Positions 51,018-61,006 of a DNA stretch of 64,000 nt are shown in pieces. Made by a program: the position numbers and the translations under genes. This DNA is from Abditibacteriaceae bacterium (GTDB lineage: Bacteria; Armatimonadota; Abditibacteriia; Abditibacteriales; Abditibacteriaceae), in the NCBI GenBank assembly GCA_965277285.1, contig OZ255721.1:3488001-3552000 (forward strand), read 5' to 3'. Every line of letters begins with the position of its first letter. Position 1 is the first letter of the stretch. The notes under the pieces were generated by a model, which had not been told where the DNA came from, ran no database searches, and saw nothing but the letters and a program-made list of their open reading frames with translations.

Positions 51018-51689
51018 TTACGAGTTCAATTGCTTCAACACATCGTCAGTGATGTCGATGGTGGGAACGTTCCAGATCACGCCGCGCGAACGCATCACAA
51101 GAGTGAACTTGCGGTCGTTAGCGACTTTGATAATGACCGCTTTGGCCTGGTCGGTAAAATTTTTGTCGGTGCTGTCTTGTTGCTGTTTCAGGTTGGCATA
51201 CAACTTGTCGCTGAGCGCGCTTACTGCGTCTTGATTGCCTGCGGCCAGATCGCGCAAGGTTTTGATACGTGCGTTGTCGGCGTCGGTTTTGGTGACTTTG
51301 CCGTTCAGCGAAATATATTCGGCGTTACGGTCGTTGGAATTTTTGACGTAAGTGGCAATTTTGCTTTGATCGTCATCGGTCAAGGTCGGCTTGAGCACAA
51401 TGCTTTCAAAATCCTTGGCTTCGTCCGGGTTCAACAGGGAACGCGCCGCCAATTGATCGCTGATGCCTTGCGAGCGACCTTCGAGCGCTTTGATCGCGGT
51501 CTGATACTTGGTGAAACCATCAGCCAATTTGTCTTCATCGACAACAGCGATGGAAATCGTTTGTGCGGACTGGGCTTTGGCTGGCTGCGTCGTCGCCGTT
51601 TGCAAACCGATGGCACAAATTGTCGCCAAAAACACACCGCGCGAAACGGTTCCGAACCAGGGAGTACGTTTATTCAAACTCAACTTCAT
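51018..51689 (-). CDS. OmpH/Skp-family periplasmic chaperone
   Basis: Signal peptide, IAVVD, long helical body, IKVA...DITDDVLKQLN ending. Confidence 0.85.
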   Translation of the reverse strand: MKLSLNKRTPWFGTVSRGVFLATICAIGLQTATTQPAKAQSAQTISIAVVDEDKLADGFTKYQTAIKALEGRSQGISDQLAARSLLNPDEAKDFESIVLKPTLTDDDQSKIATYVKNSNDRNAEYISLNGKVTKTDADNARIKTLRDLAAGNQDAVSALSDKLYANLKQQQDSTDKNFTDQAKAVIIKVANDRKFTLVMRSRGVIWNVPTIDITDDVLKQLNS

Positions 51690-52029
51690 CAGTCTTTTCC
51701 TCCGAAAATAAGCGAACGTTTCCCCGCCTGATAACAATCTGAAGCGAAGGAAAGCGCCGCTTGGACGACATCTCGGCGTTTTTGTTTTCGCTCTGCGGCG
51801 CTTTTTCCCGATTCGAGTACTCGATTGAAGTCTCAATGGTTTTGAACGCTGCCGAGCCGACGCCGCATTCTATTGTACCAATTTGACGCGGCGCCGTGAG
51901 TTGTCCACGAGAATTCTTTACAAAGCACAAGTTCAGAGTGGCGATGTTGTCAGGATGAAATCAGGTATGACAAAACCTGGCAAAAGCGGTTAAATATACT
52001 CAATCGTTTTATCTCAAGGAATTGATGTT

Positions 52030-53004
52030 ATGACACATCGCATTGGCGTAATTGGCGCTGGCCCGAATGCCTCCACGCACGCGACTTATTTCGCGCGTTC
52101 GCCACGTTCTCAAGTCGTGGCGATTGCCGATCCCGTCATTGAACGCGCGCAAGAACTCGCGTCCGTCACCGGCGCGCGCGCTGTCGCCGACTTCCGCGAG
52201 TTTCTCGATGAAGTGGATGCCGTCGTTGTTTCTTCGCCCAGTTTTCTGCATCACCAGCACGCGATGGCAGTTGCGCAAGCGAAGAAACATTTATATTGCG
52301 AAAAGCCGCTTGGCCTCAATTTGCAGCAGGCGAACGAGATTGACGCAGCCGTAAGCGAAGCGAAAATCGCTTCCGTCGTTGGTTTCACGCCGCGCTTTAG
52401 CGGCTCGTTGCAAACCCTTTCGCGTTTGGCGCGCCAGGGCAAGTTGGGGCAAATCGTTTCAGTCGGTTCGCGGCGATTGTGCTTCATCAAAACCGGCGAA
52501 ATGACATCATGGCGCAACGATCACTCGCAATCCGGCGGCTTGTTGTTGGAAATCAACATTCACGAACTCGACTGGATTTTGCGCTCGGCGCACGAAAGCG
52601 GCTGCGGCCCGGTGCAAAGCGTTTATGCGCGAACCTGGGCGGCCGAAGAAGGCGAACATCGTAACGATTCCCTGTGGGTCACCATCGGCTTTGGCAGCGG
52701 CGCGACTGGCTGGCACGAAGGCAGTTGGAGCGCGCCTAATCCCTCGTTTTTTCGTGAGATTCAGGGCACGCGCGCCACTGCCGCGACCGACGAATGGGGC
52801 AACGAGGTTTATACCGTTCGTATCGGCGCAGGCCGCGAACCGCAAGAAGTCGATCCCGATTTCGATTTGCGCGGTCATTTTCTCGATTGCATCGAGGGCG
52901 CCGCGCCGGTTTGCGATGTCGCCTGGGGCGCTTATGTGATGCAGGTTTGCGAAGCCGTTTTCGCATCGGCGGAAAGCGGTCAGGTCGTGCAGTCGGGCGC
53001 GTGA
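52030..53004 (+). CDS. Gfo/Idh/MocA-family oxidoreductase
   Basis: IGVIGAG, HLYCEKP, SGGLLLEINIHELD. Confidence 0.92.
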   Translation: MTHRIGVIGAGPNASTHATYFARSPRSQVVAIADPVIERAQELASVTGARAVADFREFLDEVDAVVVSSPSFLHHQHAMAVAQAKKHLYCEKPLGLNLQQANEIDAAVSEAKIASVVGFTPRFSGSLQTLSRLARQGKLGQIVSVGSRRLCFIKTGEMTSWRNDHSQSGGLLLEINIHELDWILRSAHESGCGPVQSVYARTWAAEEGEHRNDSLWVTIGFGSGATGWHEGSWSAPNPSFFREIQGTRATAATDEWGNEVYTVRIGAGREPQEVDPDFDLRGHFLDCIEGAAPVCDVAWGAYVMQVCEAVFASAESGQVVQSGA

Positions 53005-53063
53005 CAATCGAGTACTCGATCTTGAATTCGGGAAGAGTAAACGAAACCCCATGAAATCAGGAG

Positions 53064-53132
53064 TTTGTCATTCTGAGCGGAGCGAAGAATCTAACTTAAC
53101 GCCAGATTCTTCGCTCCGCTCAGAATGACAAA
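53064..53132. repeat. GTCATTCTGA-family inverted repeat with perfect 29-bp arms
   Basis: TTTGTCATTCTGAGCGGAGCGAAGAATCT / AGATTCTTCGCTCCGCTCAGAATGACAAA. Confidence 0.85.
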
Positions 53133-53290
53133 GTGGAAGTTTTGAGCGTTTCGTAAGACTTTGTATACACACTCTCAGAGTGACAAACTCCTGGTTTCGA
53201 GCGTTTCGCGGATTTTCTCTGCACACTTTAAGTAAATGGTCATCGTTGAAAGGAATTGTTGAAAATCAAAGATTGAAAAGGTTTGTCGTC

Positions 53291-54052
53291 ATGAAGATTG
53301 ATTTGTCAGGAAAAATCGCGCTGGTGACGGGCGCTACGGGACAATTGGGGCGCGTGATGGCTTTGAGCCTGGCGCGCTGCGGCGCCGATGTCGCGGTGCA
53401 TTTTCATCGCAATGAGGAACAGGCCGCGACTTTGTGCCGCGCCATCGAAAATGAAGGGCGGCGCGCGGTCGCGGTGCAGGCCGATGTCACAAACGCGGCT
53501 TCGGTCGAAGCGATGCGCGACCGCGTGAATTCTTCGTTAGGCGCGCCACATATCATCGTCACTAATGCCGTGATTCAATACAATTGGACGAGTGTTTTGG
53601 ATCAGGCCGTTGCAGATTATGAAGGGCAATTTCGCTCGTGCGTCTTGCATAACGTGCTGATGGCGCAAGCCTTTGTCCCCGCGATGATCGAAAGAAACGA
53701 AGGTCGCATTATCGCTATTAACACCGAATGCGCCATGCAAACTTTCGCGGGACAATCCGCTTACGTTTCGGGAAAACGCGGCATGGACGGCGTATTACGA
53801 GTACTCGCGCGCGAAGTCGGCCAGCATAACATAACGGTGAATCAAGTCGCGCCGGGCTGGACGATTTCGGATAAAGACCGCGCGAGCGGCGGCGAATCGC
53901 AGCCCGATTATCAAAATAAAGTGCCGCTGAAACGACGCGGTACGGATCAGGAAATCGCTAATGTGGTGGCTTTTCTGGCGTCCGACCTGGCGAGCTTTGT
54001 CAGCGGCGTCTACTTGCCCGTTTGCGGCGGTAACGTGATGCCTACCATTTGA
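53291..54052 (+). CDS. Short-chain dehydrogenase/reductase
   Basis: VTGATGQLG, YVSGK, ITVNQVAPG, VAFLASD. Confidence 0.9.
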   Translation: MKIDLSGKIALVTGATGQLGRVMALSLARCGADVAVHFHRNEEQAATLCRAIENEGRRAVAVQADVTNAASVEAMRDRVNSSLGAPHIIVTNAVIQYNWTSVLDQAVADYEGQFRSCVLHNVLMAQAFVPAMIERNEGRIIAINTECAMQTFAGQSAYVSGKRGMDGVLRVLAREVGQHNITVNQVAPGWTISDKDRASGGESQPDYQNKVPLKRRGTDQEIANVVAFLASDLASFVSGVYLPVCGGNVMPTI

Positions 54053-54140
54053 AACAGCATTCAAAAACAGCGTGACTTCTCCAGGTTGTTCGAGATTTCT
54101 CTTGTAAACGATAGTTGAAAGCCATTTTGACGGAGACATT

Positions 54141-55655
54141 TTGTTCATAACGCGCTTGCGAATAATTCCATCATTGGCAACTGGCGCCGTGTTGTTGGGA
54201 ATCAGCGGTCTATCATATGCCGGGCAGAATGCGGTGACGAGCGTTGTCGCGCCAACCACGTCGCAAGCGCTCTCACAATCGGTCACAGTCACTGTCGGAA
54301 CGCAGGCGCGCCAAAGTTTTGCGGGTTTGGGCGCGAGTTGCGGCAATTGGGGGCACCAATACGCACAACTGACGTTGTCAGAACGCGCAACTTTGTCGCG
54401 GCTATTGTGGCACGATTTGAAGATGAAAACCTTGCGCTTGTGGATGAACACCGATCAATTTGCCCCGACGCGCGGCGCCCGCGACATTTCGGTTTTTCGC
54501 GCCCAATATATTGATTCGGGCTTGATTGCGGATGCGCAGAAAAACGGTGTCATCAATCTGTTGTTGGCGCCGGATGGAATGCCTTCGTACATGAAGGTCA
54601 AGCGCGATGGCGGGCCGCACGATTACGCCTTGAAAGAGGATGAAATCGGTAATTACGCGGCGTTATTAGCCGATTTTATCCAGCAAGTGAAAACGCAAAC
54701 TGGCGTTCTGATCAATGTCACGGGTTTGCAAAACGAGCCGAACGATCTGGATCGCATCGCGCCCGACCAACTGGCATCTGTGACCAAAGCTCTGCGAAGT
54801 GCTTTGGATGCGCGCGGCTTGCGAATGGTCAAAATCGTGGCGCCTGAAAGCGCCAACGTCGATGGCGTGTTCTATGATGCGTTGGCGCGCTTGAAAAGTG
54901 ACACCGTTGCGTGGAATGATCTGAGCGGCATCGCGTCGCATTCTTACGGCATGGCGGCAACCGAAGAGGCCGCGAAAACAATCGCGGGAACCGACGGTCG
55001 CAATACGAAAGAGTACTGGATGACCGAAGCCAGCGATAACGGCGCGGAAGTTCCCGATGACGCGATTCGCGCGGCGTCTTTGTCGTCGCGTTTTCTCAAC
55101 GACATGAACCATCGCGTGACGCATTGGGTTCACTTCATCGGCTTTGAAACGCCCGACCCAAACGACAACGCGACGCGCATTATCGCCTATACGACAAGAC
55201 CGCTACACACCACGATTTTCCAAAAGTACTATTATTATCGGCAACTGAGCGAAGCGTTCGATGTCGGCGCCGTTTTTCGCAGTAGCCAGAGCGATTTAGA
55301 CGGCGATATGACGTGGACATATGGCAAAAAACCGCGCCTGACCGCCGCCGCAGCGCGCAACCCAAATGGAAGTTGGAGCATCGGATTAAGCAATTTTACG
55401 GCGCTCACTTTTAGTGATGCTGATGATCCGAACAACTTCGTGTTGCACAACAGTGGTTACACGGCGCGCACTTTCAATGTCACCGTGCGCGTTCCCGAAC
55501 TGGCCAAAGTCGCGCAAGTTCGTTTCAATATAAGGCGCAGCAACAGCGGCGTCAATGACGCGGAGCAGGGCAGCCTCTTGATGCGCTACGGGCAAATCGT
55601 GGTGCCGAACGTTCGTCCTCTTGACCTTATCACGCTACGTTCCACGCATCTTTGA
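54141..55655 (+). CDS. Secreted clan GH-A glycoside hydrolase (GH30-like)
   Basis: QSFAGLGAS, LQNEPN acid/base, SHSY, WMTE nucleophile; signal peptide. Confidence 0.78.
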   Translation: MFITRLRIIPSLATGAVLLGISGLSYAGQNAVTSVVAPTTSQALSQSVTVTVGTQARQSFAGLGASCGNWGHQYAQLTLSERATLSRLLWHDLKMKTLRLWMNTDQFAPTRGARDISVFRAQYIDSGLIADAQKNGVINLLLAPDGMPSYMKVKRDGGPHDYALKEDEIGNYAALLADFIQQVKTQTGVLINVTGLQNEPNDLDRIAPDQLASVTKALRSALDARGLRMVKIVAPESANVDGVFYDALARLKSDTVAWNDLSGIASHSYGMAATEEAAKTIAGTDGRNTKEYWMTEASDNGAEVPDDAIRAASLSSRFLNDMNHRVTHWVHFIGFETPDPNDNATRIIAYTTRPLHTTIFQKYYYYRQLSEAFDVGAVFRSSQSDLDGDMTWTYGKKPRLTAAAARNPNGSWSIGLSNFTALTFSDADDPNNFVLHNSGYTARTFNVTVRVPELAKVAQVRFNIRRSNSGVNDAEQGSLLMRYGQIVVPNVRPLDLITLRSTHL

Positions 55656-55741
55656 TGTTCGATGAGACAGCACGACGGTAGCAAGTTGCGCGACAGAAAT
55701 GAGATTTTCTTGTCTTTTCGCTACCATTTGATAACACAAAA

Positions 55742-55775
55742 TAGGCCTCAGCGTTGATAAAAACGCTGAGGCCTA
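55742..55775. terminator. Hairpin between convergent genes
   Basis: TAGGCCTCAGCGTT...AACGCTGAGGCCTA. Confidence 0.65.
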
Positions 55776-55802
55776 AAAGTTTGGCAAGGCCGAATTTTCG
55801 CT

Positions 55803-56780
55803 TTACATTGTGGCATCGGCTGATGGCGTAGGCTTTGCGGCGGGTGCAGTGTCCGTTGTGCCGCTGGCGGCGGATGACTTCAAAGTGGCGAGACTTTGCG
55901 CGGCGTCGCTGTCGTCCGGGTCGAGCGCAATCGCTTGCTGATAAGCGGTCATCGCTTCTGCGTTGCGCCCCACTTTCGCCAGAGCATCGCCCAAAAAGCG
56001 GAAGCCTATGCCATTTTTGGGATCGAGTTTGGTGGACTGCATATAAGGCGCGATGGATTCCTGATATTGATCCGCATTGTAGTACGCGTTACCCAGACTA
56101 TAGAAGTTCTGAGCATCGGTGGCGTCCAAAGAAATCGCCCTTTTGTCGAGCGTGACTGCTTCGGGAAACTTTTTTTCGTAAATCAGCGTATCGGCCAGAT
56201 AGCGTAGGCCGGTTGCATCATTCGGCTTCATCGCCACATAGCGACGATATGGCGTTTCAGCTTGCGCATACTGATCGGCACCGTAATAAGCGTTACCCAG
56301 ATTTATCCAAGCGTCGCTTTTTTCCGGCTGCTGTTTGACGGCGACTTGTAATACGGGAATCGCTGCGGCGTAATTATCCTGTCGCACCAAATCGCCGCCC
56401 AGGTAAATGCGCGCGTCTAAAATCGTCGGTTTTAGCTGGATCGCTTTTTGAAAAGGCGCAATTGCTTTATCGTATTGCTCCAGCCCATCGAAGGCAATAC
56501 CCGCGCCGTAATACAGTTCGCCATCGGTCGGGTCAGCGGCAATCGCCTGGCGATAATCGGCCAGAGCCATCGTGTAATTGTTAGCGTTGTAAGCCACTTC
56601 AGCGCGCGCTCGCCACGTCGTCGCGGTTTTCTTGCGCGCTGCGGAGACTGTAGTTACGCAACTCGTCTGCTCAAATCTCGAAGATGTCTTCGATGTCGCT
56701 GCCGCGCCGTGTGATGCCACGATCATCAAGCTCGATAAACTCAGGCCTGCTGCAAGCCAACGATTTTTTCGCAAAAACAT
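55803..56780 (-). CDS. Secreted TPR-repeat protein
   Basis: Signal peptide and several 34-aa repeats (LG..Y....Y..A...Y..A..L.P); GGAGG RBS. Confidence 0.9.
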   Translation of the reverse strand: MFLRKNRWLAAGLSLSSLMIVASHGAAATSKTSSRFEQTSCVTTVSAARKKTATTWRARAEVAYNANNYTMALADYRQAIAADPTDGELYYGAGIAFDGLEQYDKAIAPFQKAIQLKPTILDARIYLGGDLVRQDNYAAAIPVLQVAVKQQPEKSDAWINLGNAYYGADQYAQAETPYRRYVAMKPNDATGLRYLADTLIYEKKFPEAVTLDKRAISLDATDAQNFYSLGNAYYNADQYQESIAPYMQSTKLDPKNGIGFRFLGDALAKVGRNAEAMTAYQQAIALDPDDSDAAQSLATLKSSAASGTTDTAPAAKPTPSADATM

Positions 56781-56856
56781 AATTCCCTCCGCCAACCTTT
56801 TTCGCCCTTTATGCGGCGCGCGATGAAAGCAATAACGGTGCCACTCAGCGTACCAA

Positions 56857-56898
56857 AACAAAGAACGAATACCCGACTTCGAGTACTCGTTCTTTGTT
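56857..56898 (-). terminator. Terminator-like hairpin made of two degenerate 12-mers
   Basis: AACAAAGAACGAATACCCGA-ct-TCGAGTACTCGTTCTTTGTT downstream of the aldo/keto reductase gene. Confidence 0.6.
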
Positions 56899-56924
56899 CC
56901 GCAACCGCAAGGGACAACGACGTT

Positions 56925-58007
56925 TCAGCCCAGCCATTGCGGGTTTTTCGCGGTCCCATCGAAGTGCGAAGTCGTCTTGAACAGTTCGTACTTGCCATCA
57001 GCGGCGGGAATTGCGGTTCGCGCCAACAATGCCATCTTTTGATCGCCCGTCATTGGCTGGAAAGTGCGCACAGCTTCGAGCGCCTGCTCCAAAACGGCGA
57101 TATTATCGATGCCTGTGATGACAACCGAAACGGGCTGCGACATCGAATAATGGAGCAATTGCGTTGGCGTGGCCGTGCCACTTTTGACAATGTGATCGAG
57201 AATGAAATGATCGCCAAAGGTCTTCATAGCGAGCACGCCGATTTTCTGTTGCAACAAAACTGGCAACACTTGACGCTGAAAACTGCGAAAATGTGCGTCC
57301 ATCACGTTGACCGGCATTTGCACGGTGTCGAAGTGGAAATTGTGGCGTCGCGCGGTTTCCAGCATACGCAAGTGAACCATCGGGTCTTTGTGTCCCGTGA
57401 AACCGATATGCCGAACTTTGCCAGCCTGACGCGCCGCCAATGCCGCTTCGAGCGCGCCGCCCGGAGCGAAAACGCGATCCGGGTCTTCCAAGCGAATGAT
57501 TTCGTGAAATTGCACCAGATCGAGATGATCGGTTTGCAAACGCAGCAACGATTCGTCGATCTGGCGCGCCGCCGCAGTTTTCGAGCGACCATCAATTTTA
57601 GTCATCAAAAAAACTTTGGCGCGGTAGCCGTCGCGCAACGCCTTTCCCATGCGCACTTCGCTGGTGCCTTCGTTGTAGTCCCAGCAGTTGTCCATGAAAG
57701 TGACGCCGCGATCAATGGCGGTGCGGATGATGCGAATGCTTTCCTGCTCGTTGGCCTGCTTGCCAATGTGAAAACCACCCAGACCGATCAGCGAAACGCG
57801 CTCGCCAGTTCGTCCGAGTACTCGATAAAGCATGTCGCCGCGCCGTTCGCTATCTGGCGTCGCAAAGGTTTTCGATGCCAAGGTTTGCAGCGATGTATCT
57901 GATGCGTTGGCCTTTTGCGCCAACAAATCGCCGCCTACAACAGCCACGCCTGCAGCCAATGCCGTCCCATTTTTCAGAAAATCGCGTCGTGTCGTTTTCA
58001 TGGTCAT
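56925..58007 (-). CDS. Aldo/keto reductase with Tat signal
   Basis: TRRDFLK, YRVLGRTG, DNCWDY, LMTK, SLLRLQTDHLDL. Confidence 0.92.
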   Translation of the reverse strand: MTMKTTRRDFLKNGTALAAGVAVVGGDLLAQKANASDTSLQTLASKTFATPDSERRGDMLYRVLGRTGERVSLIGLGGFHIGKQANEQESIRIIRTAIDRGVTFMDNCWDYNEGTSEVRMGKALRDGYRAKVFLMTKIDGRSKTAAARQIDESLLRLQTDHLDLVQFHEIIRLEDPDRVFAPGGALEAALAARQAGKVRHIGFTGHKDPMVHLRMLETARRHNFHFDTVQMPVNVMDAHFRSFQRQVLPVLLQQKIGVLAMKTFGDHFILDHIVKSGTATPTQLLHYSMSQPVSVVITGIDNIAVLEQALEAVRTFQPMTGDQKMALLARTAIPAADGKYELFKTTSHFDGTAKNPQWLG

Positions 58008-58110
58008 GCTCCGTTATGTTTCAGGAATTCACGCTCTTTCCGCTCGTGAAAGCGCGCTTCGAGCAAGAAACAAACCGCCAAAACACGTTTTCGACAAACG
58101 CGCCACAAAC

Positions 58111-58148
58111 AAAAGAACGAGTACTCGAATTGAGTACTCGTTCTTTTT
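58111..58148. terminator. Terminator built from twin palindromes, downstream of moeB
   Basis: AAAAGAACGAGTACTC-gaatt-GAGTACTCGTTCTTTT. Confidence 0.82.
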
Positions 58149-58163
58149 ATGCGCAACCGAAAA

Positions 58164-59306
58164 CTAATAACGCGGCATTTCTTTGTCCACGTTGACAGCC
58201 CACGAATCGATGCCGCCGGCCAGGTTCGACAACTTCTCGAAGCCCATTTTGCGCAAGAAATTGATCGCTTTAGCCGAACGCATTCCGTGATGGCAATAAA
58301 CGACAGTTTCGTCCGCCGTGTCCAACTCGTTCATGCGATTGGGCAAATCGCCCAGCGGAATGTGCTTCGCGTTGGGCAGCGTCGTGATGTCCCATTCCTG
58401 CGGCTCGCGCACGTCCAACAAAGTGATTTTGCGACCGCTGTCCAGCAGTTCTTTCAACTGCCGCGTTGTCACAGTTTTCTGTGGCGCGTCGTCTTCGCCG
58501 TCTTCGTGCCCGCCAACGCCGCAGAAATACGCGTAATCCTGCAAACTGGTAATCGTCGGATGCGCCGAGCAAACCGGGCAATTCGGGTCTTTGCGAATCT
58601 TCAGTTCGCGGAACTTCATGTCCAATGCGTCATACAGCAGCAAGCGCCCGATTAGCGGCTTGCCTTTGCCGAGAATTAGTTTGATCGCTTCGGTCGCCTG
58701 CATCACGCCGATGATGCCGGGCAAAATGCCCAGAACGCCACCTTCGGCGCAACTGGGAACCATGCCGGGCGGCGGCGCTTCGGGATACAGGCAACGATAG
58801 CAAGGGCCGTCCGATGCGCCGAAAACTGTCGCCTGTCCGTCGAAACGGAAAATCGAGCCATACACGTTCATCTTCTTCTCGAAAATGCAGGCGTCGTTGA
58901 CCATGTAGCGCGTCTGGAAATTATCGGTTCCATCGACCACGATGTCGTGTTCGCGCACCAACTGCAACACGTTATCGTTGTTGATCATGTCCTGAATCGC
59001 GTTGACTTTCACGTTCGGATTGATCTCGTTGATGCGCTTTTTGGCGCTTTCCACTTTCGGCACGCCGACGCTGCTCGTGTCGTGAATCACCTGGCGCTGC
59101 AAGTTCGACAAATCGACGACATCCGGGTCGATAATCGTCATCGTACCGACGCCGCTCGCCGCCAAATACAACGCTGAAGGCGAACCCAGACCGCCCGCGC
59201 CAATCATCAAAACCTTGGCCGCATTGATCTTTTCCTGACCCGTCACGCCAACTTCCGGCATAATCAGGTGGCGACCGTAACGCATCACCTGTTCGTTTGT
59301 CATCAT
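58164..59306 (-). CDS. moeB: MoeB/ThiF adenylyltransferase with C-terminal rhodanese domain (MoeZ-type)
   Basis: RYGRH, GAGGLG, SNLQRQ, CYRC, SCAEGGVLG, CPVC, LDVRE, YCHHGMRS. Confidence 0.93.
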   Translation of the reverse strand: MMTNEQVMRYGRHLIMPEVGVTGQEKINAAKVLMIGAGGLGSPSALYLAASGVGTMTIIDPDVVDLSNLQRQVIHDTSSVGVPKVESAKKRINEINPNVKVNAIQDMINNDNVLQLVREHDIVVDGTDNFQTRYMVNDACIFEKKMNVYGSIFRFDGQATVFGASDGPCYRCLYPEAPPPGMVPSCAEGGVLGILPGIIGVMQATEAIKLILGKGKPLIGRLLLYDALDMKFRELKIRKDPNCPVCSAHPTITSLQDYAYFCGVGGHEDGEDDAPQKTVTTRQLKELLDSGRKITLLDVREPQEWDITTLPNAKHIPLGDLPNRMNELDTADETVVYCHHGMRSAKAINFLRKMGFEKLSNLAGGIDSWAVNVDKEMPRY

Positions 59307-59332
59307 CAGAAAATCCTTTGTCTTTTCAATTC

Positions 59333-60235
59333 CTACCCAAACTGTCGTCTTATTCTACCACGACACCAAAACCTGATGGTTCCATCGTATTCTAACGATG
59401 AATTAAGTATCGAGTACTCGATGTGTGTTACTTTTTTTGAAAGCGGCGTTTGAAAGCGGCGTTGGATGCGCAGCCAGGTTCTCATCAACAGGACGCGCCG
59501 AATGGCCGATTTGGACGTTGTGCGCGGGCGCACTTTATGCGGATGCGTGACGGCGAAGTCGCCGATTTCGGGTGGCGCGAGAAAGTTTGAGCGCACTTCG
59601 GAGAAATCGGCGACGGCGATATTTAAGCGTTTGCAAATGGTGCGCAATTGCAAATCGCCGATCACATAGGGGCGTTGATTTATCGCCCACAACGCATCGG
59701 GAACATCGGCGTAAGTTTGTTTCCAATCGGGCATTTCGTCGCTGTCGAGCAAACTGGAATCGAGAATTTTTTGTGCCGCCTGGCGCGTGAAACCGGTGAA
59801 ACCGCCTTGCACATTGGGCGGATTGAGTGGGACTTGCAGCACTTCGGTTCGGTGTTCGAGCGTGCCGAAAACGACGCAACCCGTCGGCAAAAAGCGAAAG
59901 CGGCGATGAATGCGCGTGTCTGTATCAATTTTCAAAATGTGACTGCACAGTTTTTGCGACGCATCGTGTTGCAAACTGTCGTGCAACACTCGCTTCCACA
60001 ATTGCCCGCCACTTTCCAAACCGTATAAATGTTCGCCTTTTGAGTACTCGATATTGAATTGCTGCGCTAATTCCGGCCAGCGCGCGTCATCGTCGCCATC
60101 GGAAACCATCACGATACGTGATGTGGGATAAACGCGACGCAGACTTTCCAGGCAAAGAACGGCGTCGTCGGAGTCGCGGTAAACCTGCAAATGCCAGGTC
60201 AAATCGCCGTCATCGAAATCGTGTTGAACTTCCAT
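59333..60235 (-). CDS. Putative GT-A-fold glycosyltransferase-like protein
   Basis: Follows rmlAC; CLESLRRVYP...VSDG, ILKIDTD (DxD), QGG. Confidence 0.55.
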   Translation of the reverse strand: MEVQHDFDDGDLTWHLQVYRDSDDAVLCLESLRRVYPTSRIVMVSDGDDDARWPELAQQFNIEYSKGEHLYGLESGGQLWKRVLHDSLQHDASQKLCSHILKIDTDTRIHRRFRFLPTGCVVFGTLEHRTEVLQVPLNPPNVQGGFTGFTRQAAQKILDSSLLDSDEMPDWKQTYADVPDALWAINQRPYVIGDLQLRTICKRLNIAVADFSEVRSNFLAPPEIGDFAVTHPHKVRPRTTSKSAIRRVLLMRTWLRIQRRFQTPLSKKVTHIEYSILNSSLEYDGTIRFWCRGRIRRQFG

Positions 60236-60333
60236 AAACGTGTGGTGAAAACGGAGAAATGGCCACAAAAAGCACAAAGGACACAAAAGAAATGACAGAC
60301 AACGCTTCAGATTGGAGGGATGAAATCGCTTGT

Positions 60334-60909
60334 TTAACCACTTTTGTATTGTGGCAATTCGCCGTGTGGAATGTCGTTCAGGCAGCGATTTGTGGTGTCT
60401 TTTTTCGATAAAAGCGGAATTGTAATTCCGGCTTCTTTCAACATCCAATTGATGTTGAGTTGCGGATCGTCCCACGCGATGCCGCCTTCGTCTTCGGGAT
60501 GATACGTGTCGTCGCATTTATAAAGAAATTCGGCTTCCTCAGACAAGACGACGAAACCATGTGCGAAACCGCGCGGCACAAAGATCTGCGTTTTGTTTTC
60601 CTCGGACAATTCGGCGCTGATCCATTGGCCAAAATGCGGCGAACCAACGCGAATATCAACAGCAATATCGAGTACTCGACCACGCACGACGCGACACAAT
60701 TTGGCTTGCGGATGTGTCAATTGAAAGTGCAAGCCGCGCAAAATGCCTTTGCCGGACATCGAATGATTATCTTGCACAAAACGCGTCGTGATGCCTAAAT
60801 CGGCGAAAACGGTTTCGCTGTAGGTTTCCATGAAGAAACCGCGCGCATCGCCCCAAACTTTGGGCTGAAGCAAGACAACGCCGGGCAGATCAGTTTGAAT
60901 AAGTTGCAT
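60334..60909 (-). CDS. rmlC: dTDP-4-dehydrorhamnose 3,5-epimerase
   Basis: DARGFFME, FVQDNHS, LRGLHFQ, VDIR.GSP, GFAHGF, YKC, LSKKD. Confidence 0.97.
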   Translation of the reverse strand: MQLIQTDLPGVVLLQPKVWGDARGFFMETYSETVFADLGITTRFVQDNHSMSGKGILRGLHFQLTHPQAKLCRVVRGRVLDIAVDIRVGSPHFGQWISAELSEENKTQIFVPRGFAHGFVVLSEEAEFLYKCDDTYHPEDEGGIAWDDPQLNINWMLKEAGITIPLLSKKDTTNRCLNDIPHGELPQYKSG

Positions 60910-60916
60910 GAGGGAA

Positions 60917-61001
60917 ATGATGAATGATGAATGATGAATACGGAATGATGAATCCGAACGCCATATCGAGTACGCGATAGCTTCATTTCGTATTCATCAT
61001 T
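60917..61001. repeat. GATGAAT-type inverted repeat with a 12-mer variant in the loop
   Basis: (GATGAAT)3-ACGGAATGATGAAT ... TTCATTTCGTATTCATCATT; TCGAGTACGCGA at 60966; same family as 8465. Confidence 0.7.
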
Positions 61002-61006
61002 TGCTG

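Noticed and set aside
51945..51985. TGTCAGG/CCTGGCA-like operator upstream of the Gfo/Idh/MocA gene
   Set aside because: Weak, imperfect symmetry and no regulator nearby; cannot be supported.
56811..57902. 363-aa + strand ORF, and similar long opposite-strand ORFs (3621-4793, 15619-16713, 17958-18959, 34663-35739, 45893-46855)
   Set aside because: All lie antisense to well-supported genes, as expected from codon bias in GC-rich coding DNA.
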